Positions 38,891 through 49,058 of a DNA stretch of 64,000 bases are shown here, piece after piece. Both the position numbers and the translations under genes were made by a program. Each line of letters starts with the position of its first letter. The stretch's first letter is position 1. Origin of the DNA: an uncultured virus (IMG/VR IMGVR_UViG_3300028840_004051) (taxonomy: Duplodnaviria > Heunggongvirae > Uroviricota > Caudoviricetes); IMG/VR virus record IMGVR_UViG_3300028840_004051; one strand, 5' to 3'. Below the pieces are notes generated by a model, which was not told the origin of the DNA, made no database searches, and saw nothing but the letters and a program-made list of their open reading frames with translations.

Positions 38891-39661
38891 TTAGATTTGT
38901 TTATCAAAGCTGCTATCAAAAGCAGTAAAATCAAAAGCTCCGCCACCATAATAGACATAAAAAGCAGTCGAGAATGCCTTAGTAAATGCACCATTATAAT
39001 AGGCTGCATCACTATAGATACTATCGAAAGCGCTACTAAATGAACGATCAAAAGCATATAAATAATAGTTATATATTATCCTTGTGTGAGCCGGTTTCAG
39101 TCTATCAAGGATGCATCTTATAATACTACTACCAGCTATCCTAAGCAGCCTATCACCGGCCACGCTAACATCAGCTCTAAAATAGATCCAGTCATCAGGA
39201 GCTATATTGATTGAAACTTGCCAATAAAATATATTATTCTGGTCACCACATGCTTCTCCGCTCACGCCATTTCCAGACCAGAATGGTTTAAACTCAGTTA
39301 TATCAATCGTGCCCCATCCAAGCTCTTCAACTAAATCAAGATAGTACTGCTTATTCAAACCGCCAATCTCAATAAGTTTGCCATGCGCCATATTACGACG
39401 CTCTTGAATCGTCATTCCTTCTTCAAAGCATTCATCGGGCAAACCGAGATCGTTCTCATGATCTGTTAAAAGCTCAAGTGTCGCCCTTGTATCTCTTTCT
39501 ACTCTCAGATCATAGGTACGAACATCTATCCTTGACAGCTCCTCTGATTCAGAATGGAGAAGTTGATCGAGAATAGAGCCTTCATCTCTATTCCATGCCT
39601 TCCCTTTCGGTAGCAGACCTAATAGGAGATTTTTGTAATCAGACGAGCTTCTTTTTTTCAT
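38891..39661 (-). CDS. baseplate wedge protein (Mu gp48/YmfQ/DUF2313-like)
   Basis: LLPKGKAW, LGLPD, KPAHT. Confidence 0.85.
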   Translation of the reverse strand: MKKRSSSDYKNLLLGLLPKGKAWNRDEGSILDQLLHSESEELSRIDVRTYDLRVERDTRATLELLTDHENDLGLPDECFEEGMTIQERRNMAHGKLIEIGGLNKQYYLDLVEELGWGTIDITEFKPFWSGNGVSGEACGDQNNIFYWQVSINIAPDDWIYFRADVSVAGDRLLRIAGSSIIRCILDRLKPAHTRIIYNYYLYAFDRSFSSAFDSIYSDAAYYNGAFTKAFSTAFYVYYGGGAFDFTAFDSSFDKQI

Positions 39662-39664
39662 CGA

Positions 39665-40759
39665 TTAATAATCATTAAAGGTTATCGCCCCAAGAGTATA
39701 TATCTGATTCTCAGGCACTGTGATATCAGCCGCAGGAGTAGTAAGGCTGTGATACTGTTCACCACTTGCAAGGCTGATGGCTTCACTCAATTTTGATATT
39801 CTAATGGTCTCCCCTGGCCCACCATTTCTTAGGAAGAAATCAGTTAACTCAGCCGTAACTGCGTTTTGAACTGTGACTGTATTTGGATAAATATTAATCT
39901 CAAAATTCTGAGTAATCTCGGTGATCTCGAAAACAAATAAACCAGGCTCGGCAGTTATCGGACAACCTATCGTCAAGCCAGTAGCAGGGTCTTCATGCTC
40001 TACCAAATAAGCACGCACAAGCGCCCTCGTGGCTGCTGATGGAATATAAGGAGTACTATCATCCATCACAAAAGTAACCCCTATAGTGCCTATGCCTTGA
40101 TACTCAGGAAAAGTCCAAACCCTTGTGACACCAGGATACTCAAGTGCCCATGCCTCATAATCGTACTCGCAACCGCCATGTGGAGGGTTGCGCTTTCTTA
40201 AAAGTACTCTATCTCTTAATTCAGCATCAGTCTCTTCATCAGCCCCACCTGTTATACCACCGCTTGCCACAGTCGCCTCAGTATCAATACCAACAATAGG
40301 AGATACGAAGATAAGAGTACCTCCAGAATCTTCATTGCCATCTTCGCCAGCGGTTGAAGCGGTTACGGTTAATGTTGCTGTACCACCAGCAACTGTCACA
40401 TCCTCATCAACCGTATATCTCTGTCCTGTCGATGATTGCAGCTCAGTTCCCGCTGGAATAACTGTACCAGTTGTCCCAGTGGCATCTACTTCACCGGTTG
40501 CCGCCACTGCTGCCGTTCTTGATAAACCATATTCGTCAGCTATTGCTTCAAGTCCCTCAGCATCAGCATGGGCGGCGAATAATTGCTCTGATTGATAGTC
40601 GAGGTATTCATATAGAAGATGTACCGCGCCAGAATAAACCCTTGCCATAACTCTTAGAACAGATCTTCTCAGGAGAGAGGTTGCATCCTCAATCCTTGTT
40701 TCGAAATCTGATTCAATCCTATCGACAATCTCTTGTAATGTGGGCCTTTCAAAGGGCAT
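39665..40759 (-). CDS. baseplate J-like protein (Mu gp47)
   Basis: MPFERPTL, GGADEETDAELRDR, PPHGG..DYEAWA. Confidence 0.9.
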   Translation of the reverse strand: MPFERPTLQEIVDRIESDFETRIEDATSLLRRSVLRVMARVYSGAVHLLYEYLDYQSEQLFAAHADAEGLEAIADEYGLSRTAAVAATGEVDATGTTGTVIPAGTELQSSTGQRYTVDEDVTVAGGTATLTVTASTAGEDGNEDSGGTLIFVSPIVGIDTEATVASGGITGGADEETDAELRDRVLLRKRNPPHGGCEYDYEAWALEYPGVTRVWTFPEYQGIGTIGVTFVMDDSTPYIPSAATRALVRAYLVEHEDPATGLTIGCPITAEPGLFVFEITEITQNFEINIYPNTVTVQNAVTAELTDFFLRNGGPGETIRISKLSEAISLASGEQYHSLTTPAADITVPENQIYTLGAITFNDY

Positions 40760-40765
40760 AATATG

Positions 40766-40843
40766 AACCTTTAAATTTTAATTTTAACAGCTCTCATTTA
40801 GCCTATATTAAACGATCTCTATCTAAGTAATACCTTAGTATTA
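40766..40843 (-). repeat. dispersed structured intergenic repeat, copy 2
   Basis: near-identical to 17363-17440. Confidence 0.9.
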
Positions 40844-40846
40844 CCC

Positions 40847-41332
40847 CTAGTTTAAGAACTGAGCAGTCCATTGATCAGTAAAATTAAATGTTTCCTCTTC
40901 ACCATCTGACTTATAGATCTTAACACTGAAAGCTAACACATCAGAACCAACTACTCCCTGTCGTTCAACTTCAACCTCAACCTTGACTGCAACTCCATCA
41001 TTTATCAACCATTGCAGTGATTCCTCAATATACAGTTTAGCCCTTGCCAGAGTTTCAGGGGTAGTTTTTGAACGCTCCAAAAGCCAAAGTTTTGAACCAA
41101 TTTGATCCTGTCCCATGCTGGTAGATTCTGTCGTCAAATCACCCCACCAACCTCTTCGATCTGGATTTTGTGAATCAGGAAGATCGTCCTCACTGCTTGC
41201 TCTACGGTCTGAAAAAATACTGATTATTATTGCGGTCTCTAAACCAGCATCACCAGTCAGATCACCTTCTGCATAGAGAAGATCACCTTCAAGAAGTTGC
41301 TCATCCCAGCTTATCTGAATATCTTTTGGCAT
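40847..41332 (-). CDS. Mu gp46-like baseplate protein
   Basis: LETAIIISIFSDRRA, RRGWWGD, GSKLWLL. Confidence 0.9.
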   Translation of the reverse strand: MPKDIQISWDEQLLEGDLLYAEGDLTGDAGLETAIIISIFSDRRASSEDDLPDSQNPDRRGWWGDLTTESTSMGQDQIGSKLWLLERSKTTPETLARAKLYIEESLQWLINDGVAVKVEVEVERQGVVGSDVLAFSVKIYKSDGEEETFNFTDQWTAQFLN

Positions 41333-41335
41333 AAT

Positions 41336-42034
41336 TCAGATCCCTCTAACCTTATCAGTACAATGAGAACCAGTTGACATTGTAGAAGTAGGTACGCCTG
41401 TATTGCTCGGGCCACTGTCGACCCCGCTATGAACATGGTTATTAAATAATGTAACAAATCTATCATCAACAAATCGTCTCAGGGCAGCTATAGATGTACT
41501 GCCAAGAAGGATGTTTGATCCTGCCGTTACCATAAAATCAGTTCCGCAATCAGTTATCTTATCGCCACCAACTGAAATATCACTATCTCCTCCTATATCA
41601 ACATCCTCATCACCAGATACATCGACATCCAGGTCAGCACATTTTATATTTAATATCCTGCTTCTTTTCAAATGGACTCTAAAAGGAGTCGTATGATCCT
41701 CCTCAGTATAAAGAACGACTTCGCCTTGGGTTAAATAATCTGGCCTGTAACGGCGATCATGCACCACTATTACTATCCCATGATCACGATTGCCATTAAT
41801 GAACCCGGCCAACGCCTCGGCGTTCTCCCAAGGGTAGGTAGAGAAGCCATATTCCTCAAATCTTTCTAAATCAGTTACTATCTCATCAGCCAATAATTTT
41901 AGCTGGAGCTTTTGTGTTGTTTCACTATCATTAATGGCTGCAACAATAGCCCTGCCAATCAGTAGAAAAATTTTCCTCTGAATTGGTGCTAAAAATCTTT
42001 TTATATCTTGTAATCCAACCAAAATTACTCCCAA
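41336..42034 (-). CDS. baseplate spike (Mu gp45-like)
   Basis: EEYGF, DRRYRP, GEVVLY, HVH tip. Confidence 0.88.
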   Translation of the reverse strand: MGVILVGLQDIKRFLAPIQRKIFLLIGRAIVAAINDSETTQKLQLKLLADEIVTDLERFEEYGFSTYPWENAEALAGFINGNRDHGIVIVVHDRRYRPDYLTQGEVVLYTEEDHTTPFRVHLKRSRILNIKCADLDVDVSGDEDVDIGGDSDISVGGDKITDCGTDFMVTAGSNILLGSTSIAALRRFVDDRFVTLFNNHVHSGVDSGPSNTGVPTSTMSTGSHCTDKVRGI

Positions 42035-43179
42035 TCATATTCGCCAAGATTTTCAACCGTGACAGAATCAGGTCCATATAACCTCTTCGGTCCTTCGTAA
42101 TCAAAACTGCTCTTTTTATCAGCCTCTATCGACGCATCCAACAATTCATAGGTAGTGGGATCAACGACGGTAAGGGTCACCTTCCTTCCTTCATCAGATG
42201 ACAACCTGTAATCAATATCGCTTATTAGATACTCGCTATCTATTCCAAAATAACTATCCCTAATCCTAACCTTTCCATTCAAAGGCCATGGTTTACCATT
42301 GCTTTGTAACCAGCCTTGTAATTCATATCGATAGGCTCGCGATTTACCAAAACGAAGTCTTGATTCCCACCTGGCTCTATTCTCACATTCCTTATTGGTA
42401 GTCATTGATTCACTTAGCAGAACCAATGGACGATGGCGGAGAATTATATTATCCTCGGCCGTCCCTTTCGACTGAACTATTGAAGCCAGATCCTTATCAT
42501 CATTTCCCTTCCCTTGTCCTTTAACAATATATTGATCGTATCTTTCAAGATTAGATAGAACAGCCTCACCTGAAAGGACATTCCAACCTATCTCAATATC
42601 ATCACTTGCTCGCTCTGCACCACCCGCCCTTGTTAAAGTAAGATGACCATCTCCATAACTGACAGGCAATATGGCTTTCTTAAGACATACTTTTACAATC
42701 AGATCAATAACCCTATCGCCTTCATTGCTTTTAAAGGTTGGAACAACATATGCAGCATCGCTTTCAACGTCTTCATCAACGTTGACTATAATATCAAAGT
42801 GATCGCAAAGTGACTGAACGATGGAAAGGATTGTCTGCTTTATCCACTCATTTTTATAACCATCATAATAATGGCAGCAGTCAATCAAATCACCCGTTGC
42901 ATCTCTACCGGCGAAATTCAATGAATGTGATATCGCATCATATCTGACATTCATCTCATCAATATATCCTTTGGCAATCAAAGCTTGATTAACCTCTATA
43001 CTGCAAGGTTGGCCCAGCTTTATCGGCCAACGATTTGCATCGCCCGGATACTTATCAGATATAAGAAAACCAAATGTAGTCGTCAAATTATTAAGGCTCT
43101 TAACAACCTCAATCTCTTTCCAACCTTCATATCTAAGGCCTTCAACAACCAGTACTATTTCACTATCTCTATTAGGCAT
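42025..43179 (-). CDS. baseplate hub (Mu gp44/P-like)
   Basis: YEGW, GYID, GRDATGDLIDC, RHRPL, QGWLQSNG.PW. Confidence 0.88.
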   Translation of the reverse strand: MPNRDSEIVLVVEGLRYEGWKEIEVVKSLNNLTTTFGFLISDKYPGDANRWPIKLGQPCSIEVNQALIAKGYIDEMNVRYDAISHSLNFAGRDATGDLIDCCHYYDGYKNEWIKQTILSIVQSLCDHFDIIVNVDEDVESDAAYVVPTFKSNEGDRVIDLIVKVCLKKAILPVSYGDGHLTLTRAGGAERASDDIEIGWNVLSGEAVLSNLERYDQYIVKGQGKGNDDKDLASIVQSKGTAEDNIILRHRPLVLLSESMTTNKECENRARWESRLRFGKSRAYRYELQGWLQSNGKPWPLNGKVRIRDSYFGIDSEYLISDIDYRLSSDEGRKVTLTVVDPTTYELLDASIEADKKSSFDYEGPKRLYGPDSVTVENLGEYDWE

Positions 43180-44626
43180 TCAATATATCTATCGTCTCAT
43201 TACCTGGGAGAAATCCTGGATGATCCACTTTTGATATTTGATTTCTCTTATATATTTCTGAACCACGATCAAGATCACCATACTTATCATATGCTACTGA
43301 GAGTGCGTTTTCGCCATATGAGGAAACATAGTAATCGAGGGCCTGAGCTAAAGTAGCGCCAATCTCAATCATTGACTTAACAAAATCTCTTCTTAACTGC
43401 TCAAGAGCATGATAGCTACTATTATCTCCAATCCTTACACCATAATCTTTATAAGGTTCACTCGCCGCCTCATTACCAAGCTTCAACAATTGGCTATCCA
43501 TTGCATCTGTTATCTTCTCCATGATAGCCTTTAGATCCCTGTAACCTTTATAATCTATTCTAATAGCTATTCTGGTCGCGATGGATATAGCTTGATTACG
43601 TGCAAGATTAATAAGGAATATTCTATTAGCAGCCTGGCGAGCTCTGGTTGGAGTCGTAACAGTGATAGGAACTAATGTTCCGCCATAGGGGCTGGTTGAA
43701 GTTGTCTGCCCACTATCATCACCAAAAGCATTGCCTGCGATATGCATAAGGGCCTCAACCGCGGAGCTGCCAAGAGCAAGAGGCACAACCTTTGAATCAG
43801 GATTAATTCCAGTCGCCCTGATCACATCACTACACTCACCATATATCTTTCCTATAACCCTGCTGCCTTCAAGATTAACTATTCTGATGAACGAACGGAC
43901 GGCGGTTACGATGGAGCTACCAACTCGGCAGGGATAAAGGAGGTTATCAAGTATCTCATCATCCTGTTCATCAACAATTGCCTTCGCCTCATTCACGCCT
44001 GCATCAAGAGTATCCTGAATTGAATTTAAAGTTGATTTGACCATCTTGAAGAGTGATTTTGTATCATTCTCCATACTATCTTTAACCCAATTTGGCTGGT
44101 CATCAACTGTATAATCACTCCCAAATGAATCCAAAAAGTAGTTATCAGCATAATCCGCTGCCTCATCCATATTATCTTGAGGCGCGACTTGAGGCCTTGG
44201 GTATAGATTCTCCCCTGCGATAACAAAAGACATAGTGAATCGAACCATGCCACCTTCACTGAAGTCTTCTCTTATCGATGACTTACCTACTACATTGACA
44301 TTTTGAGTGCCAAGAAAGGGATGAATAAGTAGCCCTGGGCCTTTTTCTTTCAGGGCTTTTATAAGATTATTTCTTTCAACAAAATAATTGTAGAGATTCT
44401 CTTTCCTCTGAACTATGTAGCCCTCAATGGTGAACCCATCAGCATCCAGACCCATATCCTCAACATATGGCATCTCCCTCAGTGGATATTGGTGCACGAC
44501 ATTCCTGCGGCCAATTGAATATTCATGGCCTGTGACAAAGAATTTAATACCTCTGAAGCTGGCATCAAATAACTGAGTTCTCCATCCGCTTAAAGGTATA
44601 CTATTAAAGAATTGTTTGAGTGCCAT
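43172..44626 (-). CDS. Mu N-like DNA circularization/tail hub protein
   Basis: ASFRGIKF, HQYP..E.PYVEDMG, GPGLLIHP, HPGFLP. Confidence 0.88.
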   Translation of the reverse strand: MALKQFFNSIPLSGWRTQLFDASFRGIKFFVTGHEYSIGRRNVVHQYPLREMPYVEDMGLDADGFTIEGYIVQRKENLYNYFVERNNLIKALKEKGPGLLIHPFLGTQNVNVVGKSSIREDFSEGGMVRFTMSFVIAGENLYPRPQVAPQDNMDEAADYADNYFLDSFGSDYTVDDQPNWVKDSMENDTKSLFKMVKSTLNSIQDTLDAGVNEAKAIVDEQDDEILDNLLYPCRVGSSIVTAVRSFIRIVNLEGSRVIGKIYGECSDVIRATGINPDSKVVPLALGSSAVEALMHIAGNAFGDDSGQTTSTSPYGGTLVPITVTTPTRARQAANRIFLINLARNQAISIATRIAIRIDYKGYRDLKAIMEKITDAMDSQLLKLGNEAASEPYKDYGVRIGDNSSYHALEQLRRDFVKSMIEIGATLAQALDYYVSSYGENALSVAYDKYGDLDRGSEIYKRNQISKVDHPGFLPGNETIDILNA

Positions 44627-46293
44627 TATGCTCCAGCCCCTGCTAGTACTGTTCTTCCAATATAACCTTCACTCACAACCTTTACTTTCGAATCACCTTT
44701 TTTATTCTGAACTTTTTCAATCGTCGCTGTTGATCCTTCCTCCGCCATCACCTTAATTGCTACTTCGGTTTGGTTTAAGCCGCCAGCAGCACCTCGCCCA
44801 AATGCCCCCATATCTCTCCCGCCGACAACAGGTGAACCAAAGCCAAGAAATCTTCCAACCTTGCCTGCTGCCCCACTCACAAATCCACCTATATTTTTAA
44901 ACATATCTTTTAAATCATCCCAATAAGCAATCAATCCAATTACAACGGCAGTCAAGGCAGCTATTCCAGCAGCTATGGCCCCTATGGTTGCAATAACTGG
45001 TGCACCTAAACCAGCGATGGCTCCAATTGCAGTAGCAAGAAAACCAAACAATATGATCAGAGGTGGCAATATCGCAGCTAATCCTGCAATGACAGTTATC
45101 AAAGTTTTAACCCAAGGAGGAGCCTCGGCAAACTTCCTGAGCAGTTTCGTTATAAGTTTTAGAATTGATTGAACCCATCCACCAAATTCACCTTCAACAA
45201 AAGAAATTTGAACAGCTTCCCAAGCTGCTGCTAACTCAGCAAGTGTACCAGGCATACCCTTCATAGCAGCATCAGCAACCCTTGCCGCCGTCCCTGTTTT
45301 CTCCATCCTTTTGATAAGATCAGCAAGAGCCACAGCGCCTTGCCCTACCAAGTTACCAATCGCCTCGCCAGCTCGTGGACCAAGTAGAGCAATCATATCC
45401 ATTGTATCGATTCCTGCTTTTTCTAATTCCGCAATAATCTCAACGATACTTTTTAATTCTCTTCTGCCATCTTTGAAATTCCATATCTGGGGATCACCCA
45501 ATTTCTTGAGCCCTTTTACGATTTTATTGGTTGGCGCACCTAACTTTACAAGTGAATTTCTTAACCCTGCACCAGCTCTTGATGCCTGGACACCTGCATT
45601 ACCCAGAAGCCCAAAAGCACCCGCCGCCTCCTCGATACTTAACTTTGTATCAACTAAAATTCGACCAGCATATGAAAACGACTGCCCGATCTGCTCAACA
45701 CTTACATTTGATGATGTGGCGGCATTAGCAAGGACATCAGTTGCTCTTGACAATTCATCAGTAGCAAGGTTTTGAGATTTCATTATATTGGTAACAATAT
45801 CGGCGGAAGTCGCTAGCTCTAATTGACCAGCGGCAGCAAGTTTTAAAACTTGCTCAATACCACCTATTATTTCTTCAAACTCCATGCCAGACATAGCCAT
45901 GAAGTGCATACCTTCTGCTACCTGCTTAGCGGTAAAGACCGTCGTTGCACCAAGTTCTTTTGCCTTATTAGTTAAATCTTCAAAATTCTTTCCTTGTATA
46001 TTAAGTATAGCGCCAACCACATTCATTGACTTCTGAAAAGCAGCAGCAGTTCTTACCGCCAAACCACCGAATAGAGCAAGAGGAGCAGTAAGACGAAATG
46101 ACATCATACCACCAACTTGCCGCATCTTTCTACCAGCCACATCCATTGATCGACTAAGGCGCTTTAATCTTGTATCAGTTTTCTCAATAGGGCCAGCAAG
46201 ATTATCAAAAGCACGGCCAACACGACGAATTGGGCCAGTAGCTTTATCAATCGCTCTAAATACTACACTCAGATCATAGGTTTTTGCGACCAT
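44626..46293 (-). CDS. tail tape measure protein (TP901 family)
   Basis: AKELGATT.FTA, LGNAG.QAS.AG, Ala/Gly-rich. Confidence 0.9.
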   Translation of the reverse strand: MVAKTYDLSVVFRAIDKATGPIRRVGRAFDNLAGPIEKTDTRLKRLSRSMDVAGRKMRQVGGMMSFRLTAPLALFGGLAVRTAAAFQKSMNVVGAILNIQGKNFEDLTNKAKELGATTVFTAKQVAEGMHFMAMSGMEFEEIIGGIEQVLKLAAAGQLELATSADIVTNIMKSQNLATDELSRATDVLANAATSSNVSVEQIGQSFSYAGRILVDTKLSIEEAAGAFGLLGNAGVQASRAGAGLRNSLVKLGAPTNKIVKGLKKLGDPQIWNFKDGRRELKSIVEIIAELEKAGIDTMDMIALLGPRAGEAIGNLVGQGAVALADLIKRMEKTGTAARVADAAMKGMPGTLAELAAAWEAVQISFVEGEFGGWVQSILKLITKLLRKFAEAPPWVKTLITVIAGLAAILPPLIILFGFLATAIGAIAGLGAPVIATIGAIAAGIAALTAVVIGLIAYWDDLKDMFKNIGGFVSGAAGKVGRFLGFGSPVVGGRDMGAFGRGAAGGLNQTEVAIKVMAEEGSTATIEKVQNKKGDSKVKVVSEGYIGRTVLAGAGA

Positions 46294-46450
46294 ATTCTCG
46301 CTCTATTTCTTTTGTGATTTCTTTCGCCCCTTCAACCCAAAAAAGAAGTTCGTCCATATCCATCTCCCATAATTCAGATGGTTGGAAATGATAAAAATGA
46401 GCTATCGACCAGACGACTCGGGGCCAGTCTCCTGGTACTGTTCGAAAAAA
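46274..46450 (-). CDS. -1 frameshift extension of tail chaperone (gpE'/gpGT-like)
   Basis: T TTT TTC slippery site at 46444-46450; -1 frame reads FRTVPGDW...IAHFYHFQPSELWEM..DELLFW. Confidence 0.75.
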   Translation of the reverse strand, partial: FFRTVPGDWPRVVWSIAHFYHFQPSELWEMDMDELLFWVEGAKEITKEIEREYGRKNL

Positions 46451-46734
46451 TCAGCTATAACCTCGGATATGTTCGGTAGGTCTTCGAGATCAATTTCATC
46501 TGCCTGCTGCTCTGTCAAATTAGAAAGGGCGGCGACAATAGGGATCATCTCAGTAGCAGTCAGCCTAATTTCTTCACCTTGTGATGCAGCGGTCATCACA
46601 TGCTTAGGCATAGCTCGGAGATGCTTTGCTTTCAGCCTTCCAAAAACAAGCTCGGTAATTTTGAGTCCATCTGGTTTATCCACATTCAAAGGAATAGGAT
46701 ACTTTAATTTAACTATTACTTTTTCTTTTGACAT
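46402..46734 (-). CDS. tail assembly chaperone
   Basis: LKYP...RLKAKHL...IDLED; between tube and tape measure. Confidence 0.8.
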   Translation of the reverse strand: MSKEKVIVKLKYPIPLNVDKPDGLKITELVFGRLKAKHLRAMPKHVMTAASQGEEIRLTATEMIPIVAALSNLTEQQADEIDLEDLPNISEVIADFFEQYQETGPESSGR

Positions 46735-46762
46735 TTTTTACTCTCCCATTTTTATTTATTAA

Positions 46763-47152
46763 TTATTCTTCTACATGCTCTGTCCAATACGGGCCTTGAA
46801 ACATAACGGAAGTTTCACCATCACCTGCCGTCAATGAAAAGTTTCTCAAGCAAGTAGCACCTTCCATAATATAGACTTTGCCGCCACCTGCGGCTCTAAA
46901 GATAACAGTCCCATCTTCTCTGATTTTTGCAAGATCACTCAGTTTAACATCACTTCTATCTGTGATCGTAACCTCGCATTGTGCCATAATTGGACGCTCA
47001 ACAAATCCATGTGGGCCGGAGTCACCCTGAATTGCCTCAAGCTCAAAGTTTGGTTCACCGGAAATACCGATGCCACTTGCCACCGCACCAGCTTTATTCA
47101 GCAAAGACTCACCATTAACTAAAACCTCAACTCTTCCTGTTATTCTTGCCAT
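46763..47152 (-). CDS. tail tube protein (Mu gpM-like)
   Basis: 129 aa after sheath; GPHGFVERP. Confidence 0.8.
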   Translation of the reverse strand: MARITGRVEVLVNGESLLNKAGAVASGIGISGEPNFELEAIQGDSGPHGFVERPIMAQCEVTITDRSDVKLSDLAKIREDGTVIFRAAGGGKVYIMEGATCLRNFSLTAGDGETSVMFQGPYWTEHVEE

Positions 47153-47181
47153 CTTTTTATTCTCCTTGTTGCAAAATTAAA

Positions 47182-47222
47182 AAGGTCTACCGTTACAATT
47201 CTCATTGTAAGCAGTAGACCTT
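47182..47222 (-). terminator. long hairpin with T-tract between sheath and tube genes
   Basis: AAGGTCTAC/GTAGACCTT and TTACAAT/ATTGTAA stems, then TTTTAATTTT on - strand. Confidence 0.45.
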
Positions 47223-47255
47223 CTTCGCGTTGTCTCACTCTGCTTTAAAAATCGA

Positions 47256-47316
47256 TTTTAACGGCTCTCATTTAGCCGAGATTAAACGATCTTTTTGAAT
47301 TAATACTAAGATATTA
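47256..47316 (-). repeat. dispersed structured intergenic repeat, copy 3
   Basis: AGATCGTTTAATCTCGGCTAAATGAGAGCCGTTAAAA on - strand. Confidence 0.85.
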
Positions 47317-47317
47317 C

Positions 47318-48823
47318 CTATAGAATAAATTGCACGACACCAGCCAATACCCTAAACTGGTTAATCAAGTCGGCCGGCAGCAATACGTTAACTCTATTTC
47401 TATCTGCAATATCTCTCTCGACAACTATATTCTCAATGAAGTTATCAAGATTTTCAATCAAGCCCTGATCCCTCAATAGAGCGAATAATGCAATAGTCTC
47501 TTCTTTGACTGTTCTGGGGGTCGCCACCTTGCTGCCAGGTTGAACAGGGAAGGAATCATCAGCTAATTTAAACCTTGGAATAATGAACCGATTTGTCATC
47601 CTGGTCTTATACTGATATCTGATTTCACTCAGAGTAGCTAAGGTCTGAATATCAAGATAGCTTGGGTCAGGAAGACCAAGTGCATTTGATTGATAAGTAG
47701 TAATGCATCGCTCGATCAGGACGTTGCCTGAAGCATCAGTCACCCAGGTTGCAATACCATCATAAAGCAGGGTATCTCTCTCTGCCCTTGTAAATCTATT
47801 TTCTGATGGAGGAGCGAGAATTCCCTTAAGCTTCAAGTAATGGAGAGGCCTGGCAGGATCGTTATTTAGGTTCCACGCTGCGACTGCCCCTAAAGCCGCA
47901 GCCCACTCTTCGGGACACGTGGGAGAGTCGTTAAACCCGATTATCGTATTATGAGGGCTGTTGCGTGCATTGCCAAGGGTCGTCAATCCTGCCAGACTGT
48001 TCCTTGCCGCCGTAAATCCATGACCTTGCAGATCTTCGAGTGGTTCAAATCTATCTTCCAGCTCATTCTCTATCTCAACCAAGTTGGCTGTCTGTGTGAA
48101 CGGCTGAATGATATAATGAAACTGATCATTATCAATCACTGCCCACACATCTCCAAGATCGGGGTCGGTGGCTCCGCCTGCAAAAGAAGTATAATAGCTT
48201 AGAATCGGATTACCAGAGAAACAGCTTGGGGTTGATTCTCCGGCATAGTAATTATGCCTCACATTGATATAATTACCAACCGTGCCGCTGTTGACTGCAC
48301 TCAATCCAAGATCACCTTGACTTACCGTAGCAACCACAGGAAGGTTAGAATAGCTGACATTAATCATTGATGCAAGGGCGGAGGCCATCGCTTGCCCGGA
48401 CATCCCTGAAGTAAAAGTGATCTCAAGTTTGGTACCATTTATCATCAGATACCAGGGAGTAGCGGCGGAGATAATATCAGAATAGATTGCATCTGAAAAC
48501 TGTATCTCGGCTGATGCTGCGGTGCCAGCCACCCCGCTTCCAATTGCCATTGCATAGAGCTCAGTATTCGGATTGTTATCTTTAAATACATTACACATAC
48601 GAGCTAGATTGGAACCTGGGCCAAAATAGCCATCAGCGAGATCATCCCTTGATATCGCCATCAGGGTATCGTAAGCGGCCGTTCCTGCGGCGATCTTTTG
48701 GCCTATGATCAAAACCTTATGAGGGTTCTGAATAAGCCCCTGCAATGCCCTCGAATTGTCAATTTCGATGTATGCGCCAGGCGTCCGCAGGGAGTCTGGG
48801 ATATTATTGAATGATATTGCCAT
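47318..48823 (-). CDS. contractile tail sheath (Mu gpL-like)
   Basis: ISFNNIP..LRTPG.YIEIDNS, DPARPL, ITTYQ, RVNVLLP.DL.NQ. Confidence 0.93.
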   Translation of the reverse strand: MAISFNNIPDSLRTPGAYIEIDNSRALQGLIQNPHKVLIIGQKIAAGTAAYDTLMAISRDDLADGYFGPGSNLARMCNVFKDNNPNTELYAMAIGSGVAGTAASAEIQFSDAIYSDIISAATPWYLMINGTKLEITFTSGMSGQAMASALASMINVSYSNLPVVATVSQGDLGLSAVNSGTVGNYINVRHNYYAGESTPSCFSGNPILSYYTSFAGGATDPDLGDVWAVIDNDQFHYIIQPFTQTANLVEIENELEDRFEPLEDLQGHGFTAARNSLAGLTTLGNARNSPHNTIIGFNDSPTCPEEWAAALGAVAAWNLNNDPARPLHYLKLKGILAPPSENRFTRAERDTLLYDGIATWVTDASGNVLIERCITTYQSNALGLPDPSYLDIQTLATLSEIRYQYKTRMTNRFIIPRFKLADDSFPVQPGSKVATPRTVKEETIALFALLRDQGLIENLDNFIENIVVERDIADRNRVNVLLPADLINQFRVLAGVVQFIL

Positions 48824-48826
48824 TGG

Positions 48827-49042
48827 TTAATCCTCCACTTTTTTTCTTTTACTGGCGATTGATTTCTGAGATGGTGGCTCGCCAATCTTAACACCGCCAT
48901 CCTTGATTCTCCTCCGCCAATATCTTCCTTCTCTTCCAATCAGAGGTTTTAATTCTCCTTCTTTTAAGAGAGGGTTCTTTGTCAGCGGATCTCTGACAAG
49001 CAATCCTTCATCAGGAATTAGGTATGCAACTTTTACTTTCAT
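48827..49042 (-). CDS. DUF2635/Mu gp38-like protein
   Basis: GLLVRDP...YWRRRIKDG; start reassigned to ATG 49042. Confidence 0.8.
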   Translation of the reverse strand: MKVKVAYLIPDEGLLVRDPLTKNPLLKEGELKPLIGREGRYWRRRIKDGGVKIGEPPSQKSIASKRKKVED

Positions 49043-49058
49043 ATCCTTTAGCCCTTTG

